Source: Leptospiria bacterium (lineage in GTDB: Bacteria; Spirochaetota; Leptospiria; Turneriellales; CBDBES01). Taken from it: 64,000 nt of DNA. Under the pieces are notes generated by a model. It was given only the letters and a program-made list of their open reading frames with translations, ran no database searches and had not been told where the DNA came from. How positions within the stretch are numbered: position 1 is the first letter of the stretch; the number at the start of each line of letters is the position of its first letter. Both the position numbers and the translations under genes were made by a program. The stretch spans positions 333,813 through 397,812 of the forward strand of contig CBDHCY010000005.1 of the NCBI GenBank assembly GCA_965261485.1, read 5' to 3'. Shown one piece after another: positions 10,490 to 18,509 of the stretch.

Positions 10490-11629
10490 ATGTGGTTGAC
10501 CCGTTCTATTCTTTTATTGTCTGGTTTATTTAGTCTTTATGTCAGTATGACTTGCACTTTAGTGCCTAATCTTTTGGGCATACCATTTTCAAAGAATAAT
10601 AGTTTTAGAAAGAGTAGTCTTGTTAGTATTGGCAGTGAAGAATTTCAGAAAAGAAAAGAGAATACTAAACTAAAACTTGATAATGGCATAGGCTCTAATA
10701 GTGGTGTTGGAAGTACCTTTGATTTAGAAGCTGTTTCTTCAAATTTTTTGGGTGCAATGGCTTTTATAGATATTCCTACCCCTGTTTATACGCGGGGTAT
10801 TTATATTACCAATTCAACCGCTCAATCTGAAGAGAGAATAAAATATTTTTTAGAAAAAGCCAATTTTTATGAACTTAATACTTTTGTAATTGATGTTCAA
10901 AAGCAAATGGTCTCTAAAGAGATTATTGGTATGCTTAAAACTTCTAAAATATTCCCGGTGGCTCGTGTTGTAGTTATGGAAGGAGGTTTGCGACAAAAGG
11001 AATTTTCAAATAAACGTGTTCATACAATACTCAAATTAATTGAAGATGCCTCCGCTCAAGGTTTTTCTGAGGTACAACTTGATTATATTCGCTATGCAGA
11101 TATTGATAGGTTATTAGGTTTGCCTTTATCTTATAAATATAATATTATTCGTTCTCTTCTCTCAAAAGCAAAAAATATTGCTGAGCAAAATAATATTCAT
11201 CTTTCTGCTGATCTATTTGGTCGCATTACTTTAAATCAAAATGATCAGATTGGTCAAAAATTAGAAATTTTCGGAAAATATATGCGAACAATCTATCCGA
11301 TGTTATATCCCTCCCACTATACTAATGACAATAATCGCATATCGAAACCTTATATGACGGTAAAAGAGGGCATCGAAAAAAGTAAAGAACGTTTACCTGA
11401 GCATAGAATTGTCGCTTATATTCAAGGTTTTAATATAAAAGTGAAGCCAAGTCGATTAAATTTTGTTAACTATATAAAAGCACAAATTAAGGCCTGTGAT
11501 GATAGTTTTTCTGATGGTTGGGTTATCTGGAACGCGCGCAATGAGTATGGGCCGTCTTTTCAGGCGATTAAACAGTATAGGGAAGAAAAAACAGCACTTA
11601 AAAATCAAACTTTTAGTAATCGTCTGTGA
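10490..11629 (+). CDS. putative glycoside-hydrolase-like TIM-barrel protein (DUF4015-like), secreted or lipoprotein
   Basis: Signal peptide; FVIDVQK...VVVMEG...EVQLDYIRYAD pattern as recalled from the putative glycosyl hydrolase domain family. Assignment is tentative. Confidence 0.35.
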   Translation: MWLTRSILLLSGLFSLYVSMTCTLVPNLLGIPFSKNNSFRKSSLVSIGSEEFQKRKENTKLKLDNGIGSNSGVGSTFDLEAVSSNFLGAMAFIDIPTPVYTRGIYITNSTAQSEERIKYFLEKANFYELNTFVIDVQKQMVSKEIIGMLKTSKIFPVARVVVMEGGLRQKEFSNKRVHTILKLIEDASAQGFSEVQLDYIRYADIDRLLGLPLSYKYNIIRSLLSKAKNIAEQNNIHLSADLFGRITLNQNDQIGQKLEIFGKYMRTIYPMLYPSHYTNDNNRISKPYMTVKEGIEKSKERLPEHRIVAYIQGFNIKVKPSRLNFVNYIKAQIKACDDSFSDGWVIWNARNEYGPSFQAIKQYREEKTALKNQTFSNRL

Positions 11630-12318
11630 ATTTTTCTAAATTGGGCACCTTATTTTCGGTGGCTCTTCCTATTGGTAATGTAGAAGATATTAGTTTGCGT
11701 GCGAAGAAGGTTCTTGAATATTCTGATTTTCTAGCTTGTGAAGATACTCGTAGAGCTGGAATATCTTTAAGTATGATGAATATTAAAAGACATGGTAAAC
11801 TGCTTTCTTATCATTCATATAATGAGGCTCATTCGGCTGCTGGCCTAATTAAGCTACTTTTAGATGGTAACAATATTTCTTTGATTACTGATTCAGGCTC
11901 TCCTCGTATTTCTGACCCTGGGTATCATATAATCAAGCAATGTTGGGAGCATCAGATCAAGGTTGTTCCTATTCCGGGGAGTTCTGCTTTGAGTTCACTT
12001 TTAAGTATTTGCCCATTTCGTGTAGAGCCTCTTTTATTTTTAGGGTTTATATCACCCAAATCAGGAAGACGTTGCAAAATATTTGAAAAATATAATAATT
12101 TTTTGGGTTCAGTATGTTTTTTTGAGTCAGTTCATCGAATTCAGCAATTTTTGAATGATATTTATAATACTTGGGGAGATCATACCATTTTAATTGGTCG
12201 TGAACTTACCAAAAAACACGAGGAGATATTTTTAGGGAGGGTGGCAGAGGCACTCAATTGGTCGAATAAAAAGAAAGGTGAATTTATATTTTTAATAGAT
12301 AAAACAGAAACGCCCTGA
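11626..12318 (+). CDS. rsmI: 16S rRNA (cytidine1402-2'-O)-methyltransferase
   Basis: ALPIGNVEDISLRAKKVL...LACEDTRR, PGSSAL, and ESVHRI...TILIGRELTKKHEE are typical RsmI motifs. GTG start overlaps the upstream stop. Confidence 0.85.
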   Translation: MNFSKLGTLFSVALPIGNVEDISLRAKKVLEYSDFLACEDTRRAGISLSMMNIKRHGKLLSYHSYNEAHSAAGLIKLLLDGNNISLITDSGSPRISDPGYHIIKQCWEHQIKVVPIPGSSALSSLLSICPFRVEPLLFLGFISPKSGRRCKIFEKYNNFLGSVCFFESVHRIQQFLNDIYNTWGDHTILIGRELTKKHEEIFLGRVAEALNWSNKKKGEFIFLIDKTETP

Positions 12319-12364
12319 ATATAGTTTTGTGAGCATAGGTTGGCAATGTAGCCATTAAAAAAGG

Positions 12365-12391
12365 TTGACAATATCTGCAGTATATTAGAGT
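12365..12391 (+). promoter_or_regulatory. candidate sigma70-type promoter of GLUG paralogue 1
   Basis: TTGACA at 12365-12370 and TAGAGT at 12386-12391 (15-nt spacer, suboptimal). The same arrangement is retained in all three duplicated units. Confidence 0.3.
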
Positions 12392-12430
12392 TTTGTGCGT
12401 GCTCCGTCTGAAGGGTAGTTAAGGGGTCGA

Positions 12431-15013
12431 ATGCATTTTTGGAGAGGTAATCAGATGAAACAAATGAAACAAATGAAAAAAAATAAATATTTAAGCTTTG
12501 GGTGCTTTATTTTTAACTATTTTTCCAAAATTAATTTTAGTAGTAGAGTATGCATTTTAGTTATTTTAAGCTCTCTATTTTTACCCTTTTGTGCCGGAGG
12601 CTCAGAAGATCCCGGTACTAAAGTAGTAGATCCCGGTACTAAAGTAGTAGACCCCGGTACTAAAGTCGTAGACCCCCCACCGGGGGGGCCAGAGACAATC
12701 ACCAAAGTAGGCGTTCAATCATATTTTTGCACGAATGGTGTCAAAAAAGATCCTGTGAATCTAGCAGTAGCTAGTGCTTCCACCCCTGATAAACAGGGCT
12801 GTGCGAGCTGTGATCGGCACTATCGTGTAGCAAGTGGCTCCTTCTTAGATGATGGTAGCACTTGTGTGGCTCGTACTTGTGCGGTAGAGGGAGAAGAGCC
12901 ATGTTCAACTTGTTATGCCGGCTCTGTGCGTAGTGGTCATACATCCGACGGGTTGCCTACCTCAGTTCCTTCTGAGAGTACGTGTGTTCAAGTTGATAGT
13001 GATAATAATAAACTTATTGATATAACAACGCTCACTCAATTACATAATATGAGGTATAATCTTGCGGGAACCTCTTATAAAACAGATGCATCCACTGTGG
13101 CTGGGGAGTGCGGCACCTATGGCGATGCCGACGGTATCTATGAGATTGCTTCAGATAGCTGTATAGGCTACGAGCTTATGAATGACTTAAACTTTGATTC
13201 TGATGATCAGGATGATGATAGTACTTACACGCCTTCTACAACCGGAGGAGTAACAACTTATATCCTAGATAATGATGATAATGCTGCACCTTATTTTGTA
13301 GTAACAGGGGTAACAGATAATGGCGTCACTAGTTACAGTGGTGGTTGGGATCCAATTGATGATTTTGCAACTACCTTTAATGGTAATGATAATACTATTA
13401 CTGGTCTTGCTATTAGTCGTGGTGATTCTGATGATACTCGTATTGGTATGTTTGGTACTATAACAGCTGATGCAATGATCCATAATATTAATTTAAATTA
13501 CAATCTGTCTGAATATACTGGCTCAGCAACAGATGATGTTCAAATTGGTGGTTTGGTGGGGTTTAGTTTGGGCACTATTACTACCAGTTCGGTCATTGAT
13601 GGGAAGGTTAGGAGTCCTGCTCTTGCAGGTGGTTTAGTGGGTTTCCAACAGGGCAAAAAAATTAATGCCTCTATTGGTATTGCTACTGTTAGTGGTAGTA
13701 TTGCCGGTGGTTTAGTAGGTCAGTCGATGGATAGCCAAATTGCGACTAGTTATGCTACTGGTGATGTTAACGGCGGAACCGGTGATAATAAATTAGGTGG
13801 TTTAGTGGGTCAGTCCATTAATAGCAAAATTAGAATTAGTTATGCTACTGGTGCTGTAATAGGCGGGGCTGGTGCTGATCACTTAGGTGGTTTAGTGGGC
13901 GAATCTGAAAATAGTCAAATCATCACTAGTTATGCTACTGGTGCTGTAACAGGCGGGGCTGGTGCTGATCGCTTAGGTGGTTTAGTGGGCGAGTCTATAA
14001 ATAGCCAAATTATCGCTAGCCATGCTACTATTGGTGCTATAACTAGTGAGGCTGGTGCTAATTACTTAGGTGGTTTAGTGGGTAATTTTGAAGTTCTAAA
14101 TAAGGCGAATAATAATAAGAAGGGTATTATTGTCGCTAGTTATGCTACTGGTGCTGTAGCTGGCGGAATCGGTACTGATGGGTTAGGTGGTCTGGTTGGT
14201 CAAATTTGGATTACTGGTGATACTACTGTTAGTAATCCTCGTCCTGTTAGTGAAGTTATTGTCACTGTTATCGCTAGTTATGCCACTGGTAATTTAATGG
14301 GTGGTGATGCGAGCGATAACTTAGGCGGCCTAGTGGGTTATGTTGATGACAATTCTAGTGAAAAGGTTACTATTACTGCTAGTTATGCTACTGGTGCTAT
14401 AACTGGTGAAGGTGGTCAAGATACGTTAGGTGGTCTGGTAGGTTACTTTGGGGATAAGTCTTCTGTTGTCCTTACGAAGGCTCACATTACTGCGAGTTAT
14501 GCTAATAATGTAGAGCTTACAGATGATACTGATCCGCTCCAACATCTGGGCTCGTTAGTAGGTAATTTAAGTAATGGAAACGTTCAGATTACTGATAGCT
14601 ATGGTTTTGCCACTCTTGAAGGAGGTACTAATCCTCAAATTGCTACATTTGCAAATGAAGTTGGGGATTTAGTAGCTGTAGGTGTCACTCCAAGTGGTGT
14701 CAGTGCTGCAGCTGATTTAACCCTTACAACGGCTATTACTACCGTTACTGATGCTTCAGATACAAATGCTATTAGTAGGAAAGATACTACATTAGGGGAA
14801 ATATGGAATAAGGCTAAACTGAATACTCTTGGTGCTTGGTTCTTTGAGACGGGTGTCGCTCCTACACTCAAATTTAATGATTACGATGGTCCTGTTGTTG
14901 GTACTACTGGCGATGTTTATAGTTGCTCCCCCTCTGACAATTACTTCACGATCACCATAGGGAGCAACACTATCGACACCATGCGTTCTTGTGGTGGTTC
15001 GATAACACAGTAG
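12431..15013 (+). CDS. GLUG-repeat surface lipoprotein, tandem paralogue 1 (probable true start is ATG 12455, after GGAGAGG)
   Basis: Signal peptide ending LFLPFC-AGGS (loose lipobox). Cys-rich N-domain, then a IDITTLTQLHNMRYNLAG core. At least 12 repeats of about 28-31 aa of the form GGLVG....I..SYATG.V.G....D.LGGLVG, which I recall as the GLUG motif family. Confidence 0.7.
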   Translation: MHFWRGNQMKQMKQMKKNKYLSFGCFIFNYFSKINFSSRVCILVILSSLFLPFCAGGSEDPGTKVVDPGTKVVDPGTKVVDPPPGGPETITKVGVQSYFCTNGVKKDPVNLAVASASTPDKQGCASCDRHYRVASGSFLDDGSTCVARTCAVEGEEPCSTCYAGSVRSGHTSDGLPTSVPSESTCVQVDSDNNKLIDITTLTQLHNMRYNLAGTSYKTDASTVAGECGTYGDADGIYEIASDSCIGYELMNDLNFDSDDQDDDSTYTPSTTGGVTTYILDNDDNAAPYFVVTGVTDNGVTSYSGGWDPIDDFATTFNGNDNTITGLAISRGDSDDTRIGMFGTITADAMIHNINLNYNLSEYTGSATDDVQIGGLVGFSLGTITTSSVIDGKVRSPALAGGLVGFQQGKKINASIGIATVSGSIAGGLVGQSMDSQIATSYATGDVNGGTGDNKLGGLVGQSINSKIRISYATGAVIGGAGADHLGGLVGESENSQIITSYATGAVTGGAGADRLGGLVGESINSQIIASHATIGAITSEAGANYLGGLVGNFEVLNKANNNKKGIIVASYATGAVAGGIGTDGLGGLVGQIWITGDTTVSNPRPVSEVIVTVIASYATGNLMGGDASDNLGGLVGYVDDNSSEKVTITASYATGAITGEGGQDTLGGLVGYFGDKSSVVLTKAHITASYANNVELTDDTDPLQHLGSLVGNLSNGNVQITDSYGFATLEGGTNPQIATFANEVGDLVAVGVTPSGVSAAADLTLTTAITTVTDASDTNAISRKDTTLGEIWNKAKLNTLGAWFFETGVAPTLKFNDYDGPVVGTTGDVYSCSPSDNYFTITIGSNTIDTMRSCGGSITQ
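12608..12670 (+). repeat. 3 x 21-bp in-frame tandem repeat (DPGTKVV) directly after the lipobox Cys
   Basis: GATCCCGGTACTAAAGTAGTA occurs three times (third unit has 2 substitutions). Paralogue 2 has a single unit. Confidence 0.9.
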
Positions 15014-15025
15014 CGTAGTAAAATA

Positions 15026-15060
15026 AAATTTATCTCTTGCTTGCAGTGAGAGATAAATTT
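15026..15060 (+). terminator. hairpin downstream of paralogue 1
   Basis: AAATTTATCTCT (15026-15037) pairs perfectly with AGAGATAAATTT (15049-15060), with an 11-nt loop. No clean T-run follows, so terminator function is inferred from position and conservation after all three genes. Confidence 0.5.
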
Positions 15061-15105
15061 GAATTAAACTTTTGAATGGTTGAACTATTTGAAAATCTAA
15101 GCTCC

Positions 15106-15196
15106 TTTTTAAGGAGGGCGATTAGAGGCATTTAATTGGTCGAATAAAAAGAAAGGTGAATTTATATTTTAAATAGATGAAACAGAAACGCCCTGA
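15106..15196 (+). repeat. duplicated fragment of the rsmI 3' end (non-functional gene fragment), copy 1
   Basis: Aligns by eye to rsmI 12228-12318, including the ...NWSNKKKGEFIF... coding sequence and the stop, with a few substitutions and indels. Confidence 0.8.
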
Positions 15197-15261
15197 ATAT
15201 AGTTTTGTGACTATAGGTTGGCAATATAGCCATTGAAAAATATTAATATTTCTAAAAAAGA

Positions 15262-15288
15262 TTGACAATCTCTACAGTAAATTAGGAT
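15262..15288 (+). promoter_or_regulatory. candidate promoter of GLUG paralogue 2
   Basis: TTGACA at 15262-15267 and TAGGAT at 15283-15288 (15-nt spacer). Homologous position to 12365-12391. Confidence 0.3.
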
Positions 15289-15349
15289 TGGATGTGTGCT
15301 CCGTCTGAAAGATAGTGCGGGGTAGAATAAATTTTGAAGAGGTAATCAA

Positions 15350-18166
15350 ATGAAACAAATAAAAAACAATAAATATTTAAGCTTTGGGTACTTTATTTTT
15401 AACTATTTTTCCAAAATTAATTTTAGTAGCAGAGTATGCATTTTAGTTATTTTAAGCTCTCTATTTTTACCCTTTTGTGCCGGAGGCTCAGAAGATCCCG
15501 GTACTAAAGTCGTAGACCCCCCCGTAGTAGCCCCCCCCACCGGTGAACCAGAGACAATCACCAAAGTAGGCGTTCAATCATATTTTTGCACGAATGGTGT
15601 CAAAAAAGATCCTGTGAATCTAGCAGTAGCTAGTGCTTCCAGCCCTGATAAACAGGGCTGTCAGAGTTGTAATGCACGCTATCGTATAGCAAGTGGCTCC
15701 TTCTCAGATGATGGTAGCTCTTGTGTGCGTCGTACTTGTGCTGATAATGGTGATGATGCTGTTGCTCCTGCTGCTGTTACTGCTCTTGCCGGATCTCCTT
15801 TGGCATGTCCTCGAGTGACTAGTTCGCCTAATACCTACGATGGCTGTTATTTCGACTATATGCGTAGTGGTCATGAACCCGCATCCGAGGGAATGCAGGG
15901 TAAACCCACTGAAGAACTTTATAATAGTGAGTGTGTTCAGGTTGATAGTGATAATGATAAACTTATTGATATAACAACACTCACTCAATTATATAATATG
16001 AGGCATAACACTTTTGGAGACTTTTATCACGTAGCTACCTCAACTGCAGCTGGAGCGTGCGGCAGCTACGGTGGTGCCGAGGGTGATGTATATACTCGTG
16101 CAGCTTGTGCTGGCTATGAGCTTATGAATAACCTAAGCTTTGATAAAAATAAGAATGGTATTACTTACGATAGCAATGGTCTAGATCCAGGTGATGATGC
16201 CGTACCTTATTTTGTAGTAGATTCTACTGATTCTAGTAATATTATTGGTGGTTGGGAGCCAATAGTTAATTTTGCAAGTACCTTTGATGGTAATGGTAAT
16301 ACTATTACTGGCCTTGCTATTCGTAAGACTAGGACTGGTACTGGTACTGGTACTGTCAGTATTGGTATGTTTGGTTCTATAAGACATGCACCAGCACGTT
16401 CTGCAGTGATTCGTGATATTAATTTAGTTGATAATCTAGCTGAATATTATTCAGCCCCAAGTACAGCTCCAAGTGGTCGTATTCATGTTGGCGGTTTGGT
16501 AGGTACTAGTCTTGAGAACGTTATTACTGGAAGTAATAGTGTGGGCACTATTACCGGAAGTTCTACCAGTGGAGAGGCTAAGGGTCCTTTTGCTACAGGT
16601 GGTTTAGTAGGCTTCCAAGAGGACTTAAAAATTGAAAGTAGTCATGCTACTGGTTCTGTGAGTTATGTTAGTAGTTCTGCTAATTTCTTTGGAGGTGGTT
16701 TAGTAGGGCGTTCTAAGAATGGCAAAATTATCACTAGTTATGCTTCTGGTGCTGTAACAGGCGGGGCTGGTGATGATCGCTTAGGCGGTTTAGTGGGCGA
16801 GTCTCTAAATGGCCAAATTATCGATAGTTCTGCTACTGGTACTGTAACTGTAACTGTAACAGGTGGGGCTGGTAGTGATTACTTAGGTGGTTTAGTAGGG
16901 CGTTCTAGGAATGGCGAAATTATCACTAGTTTTGCTACTGGTGCTGTAACAGGTGGGGCTGGTGATGATCTCTTAGGCGGTTTAGTGGGCGAGTCTAAGC
17001 TTAATAGCCAAATCATCACTAGTTATGCTACTGGTACTGTAAGAGGTGCGGCTGGTAATGATTACTTAGGTGGTTTAGTGGGCAAGTCTTCCAGTAGCCA
17101 AATTATCGATAGTTTTGCTTCTGGTGCTGTAACTGGTGGGGCTGATAATGATAAGTTAGGTGGTTTAGTGGGCGAGTCTCTAAATAGCCAAATCATCGCT
17201 AGTCATGCTACTAGTGATGTAACAAGCGAGGCTGGTGCTAATTACTTAGGTGGTTTAGTGGGTTATTTTAAAGTCGATCTAACGAAGAGTGGTACTATTG
17301 CCGCTAGTTATGCTATTGGTGCTGTAACTGGTGGAGCCAATATTGATCGTGCCGGTGGTCTGGTTGGTGATATTATAGCTCAACTTGATGGTATGGGGGG
17401 GAGTACTAATGGGGCTGTCACTGTTATCGCTAGTTATGCTACTGGTGCTGTAAGTGGTCTTGCTGACGATGATGTTTTAGGTGGTCTGATTGGTCGTATT
17501 GATAACACTACTATTCCTCCTGGTAATACAGGTCAAACTCATGGGGGGAGTTCAGTTGTCTTTACTGCCACTTATGCTACTGGTGCTGTAACTGGTGGTG
17601 CTGGTTCAGATAGCTTAGGTGGTCTGATAGGTATTTTAAATGGGGCTGCCATCATTGCGAGTTATGCTACTAACAGTGGGGGGCTTAATGCTGCTAGCGG
17701 TAGCAGGCAGTTTGTTGGTCGGTTAGTAGGTATTCCAGGTACTCCTCGGATTACTGAGAGTTATGGTTTTACGGTACCTACAGGTATTGATGCTGATGAG
17801 GCTAATGTAGGTATAGCACCAAATGGTATCGCTGCTGCAACTGGTTTAACCTCTGCTGGTTTAATCTCTGCTATGGTTGGTAATGCAGGTGATAAATGGG
17901 ATAAGGTTGTTGCATTTGTTCCCCCCGAGCAGGGGAGCAGTACGGGTACAGCCGCTATTCATACTTCTGGTGCTTGGTTCTTTGGGACGAGTGCCGCTCC
18001 TACACCCCAATTTAATGATTACGATGGTCTTGCTGCTGGTACTACTGGCACTATTTATAATTGCTCCGCTCCATCCACTCCAGCTATGAATTTTTTCGAG
18101 ATCAAGCTTCCAAATATCGATAAGATCACAACCACACGTTCTTGTGGTAGTTCGATAACGCAGTAG
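15350..18166 (+). CDS. GLUG-repeat surface lipoprotein, tandem paralogue 2
   Basis: The first ~105 residues are near-identical to paralogue 1 apart from the post-lipobox repeat/linker segment (signal peptide, LFLPFC lipobox, ETITKVGVQSYFCTNGVKKDPVNLAVASAS). It has a divergent Cys-rich region and more than 14 GGLVG/SYATGAVTGGAG repeats. SD GAAGAGG lies 7 nt before the ATG. Confidence 0.7.
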   Translation: MKQIKNNKYLSFGYFIFNYFSKINFSSRVCILVILSSLFLPFCAGGSEDPGTKVVDPPVVAPPTGEPETITKVGVQSYFCTNGVKKDPVNLAVASASSPDKQGCQSCNARYRIASGSFSDDGSSCVRRTCADNGDDAVAPAAVTALAGSPLACPRVTSSPNTYDGCYFDYMRSGHEPASEGMQGKPTEELYNSECVQVDSDNDKLIDITTLTQLYNMRHNTFGDFYHVATSTAAGACGSYGGAEGDVYTRAACAGYELMNNLSFDKNKNGITYDSNGLDPGDDAVPYFVVDSTDSSNIIGGWEPIVNFASTFDGNGNTITGLAIRKTRTGTGTGTVSIGMFGSIRHAPARSAVIRDINLVDNLAEYYSAPSTAPSGRIHVGGLVGTSLENVITGSNSVGTITGSSTSGEAKGPFATGGLVGFQEDLKIESSHATGSVSYVSSSANFFGGGLVGRSKNGKIITSYASGAVTGGAGDDRLGGLVGESLNGQIIDSSATGTVTVTVTGGAGSDYLGGLVGRSRNGEIITSFATGAVTGGAGDDLLGGLVGESKLNSQIITSYATGTVRGAAGNDYLGGLVGKSSSSQIIDSFASGAVTGGADNDKLGGLVGESLNSQIIASHATSDVTSEAGANYLGGLVGYFKVDLTKSGTIAASYAIGAVTGGANIDRAGGLVGDIIAQLDGMGGSTNGAVTVIASYATGAVSGLADDDVLGGLIGRIDNTTIPPGNTGQTHGGSSVVFTATYATGAVTGGAGSDSLGGLIGILNGAAIIASYATNSGGLNAASGSRQFVGRLVGIPGTPRITESYGFTVPTGIDADEANVGIAPNGIAAATGLTSAGLISAMVGNAGDKWDKVVAFVPPEQGSSTGTAAIHTSGAWFFGTSAAPTPQFNDYDGLAAGTTGTIYNCSAPSTPAMNFFEIKLPNIDKITTTRSCGSSITQ

Positions 18167-18184
18167 CGGTAGTTGTAAAATATA

Positions 18185-18220
18185 AAATTTATCTCTTGCT
18201 TTGCAGTGAGAGATAAATTT
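18185..18220 (+). terminator. hairpin downstream of paralogue 2
   Basis: AAATTTATCTCT (18185-18196) pairs with AGAGATAAATTT (18209-18220), with a 12-nt loop. Confidence 0.5.
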
Positions 18221-18264
18221 GAATAAATCTTTTGAGTGGTTGAACTATTTGAAATCTGAGCTAC

Positions 18265-18354
18265 TTTTTAGAAAGGGCGTCAGAGCCACTCAATTGATCG
18301 AATAAAAAGAAAGGCGAGTTTATGTTTTTAATAGATAGAACATAAACGCCTTGA
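18265..18354 (+). repeat. duplicated fragment of the rsmI 3' end, copy 2 (more diverged)
   Basis: ...CAGAGCCACTCAATTGATCGAATAAAAAGAAAGGCGAGTTTATG...AACGCCTTGA aligns to the last ~90 bp of rsmI. Confidence 0.7.
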
Positions 18355-18417
18355 ATATAGTCTTGTGAGCATAGTTCGGCAATGCAGCCATTAAAAAAGA
18401 TTGCCAGTATCTAAAGA

Positions 18418-18445
18418 TTGACAATATCTGCAATATAATTAGAGT
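18418..18445 (+). promoter_or_regulatory. candidate promoter of GLUG paralogue 3
   Basis: TTGACA at 18418-18423 and TAGAGT at 18440-18445 (16-nt spacer). Homologous to the other two units. Confidence 0.3.
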
Positions 18446-18509
18446 TGAGTGCGTACCTTAATTTGAAGGGCAGTATAGAGATAAGATATATTTTTGAAGA
18501 GGTAATCAA

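Noticed and set aside
12431-12454. N-terminal extension MHFWRGNQ of GLUG paralogue 1, and MKC(D/G)QCLRR(H/R)F of both cassette genes
   Set aside because: The SD sequences (GGAGAGG; GAGGAGG) sit inside these extensions at correct spacing for the downstream ATGs (12455, 34462, 39405). Paralogues 2 and 3 start at the equivalent downstream Met. The longer coordinates are kept in the feature list only to match the ORF track.
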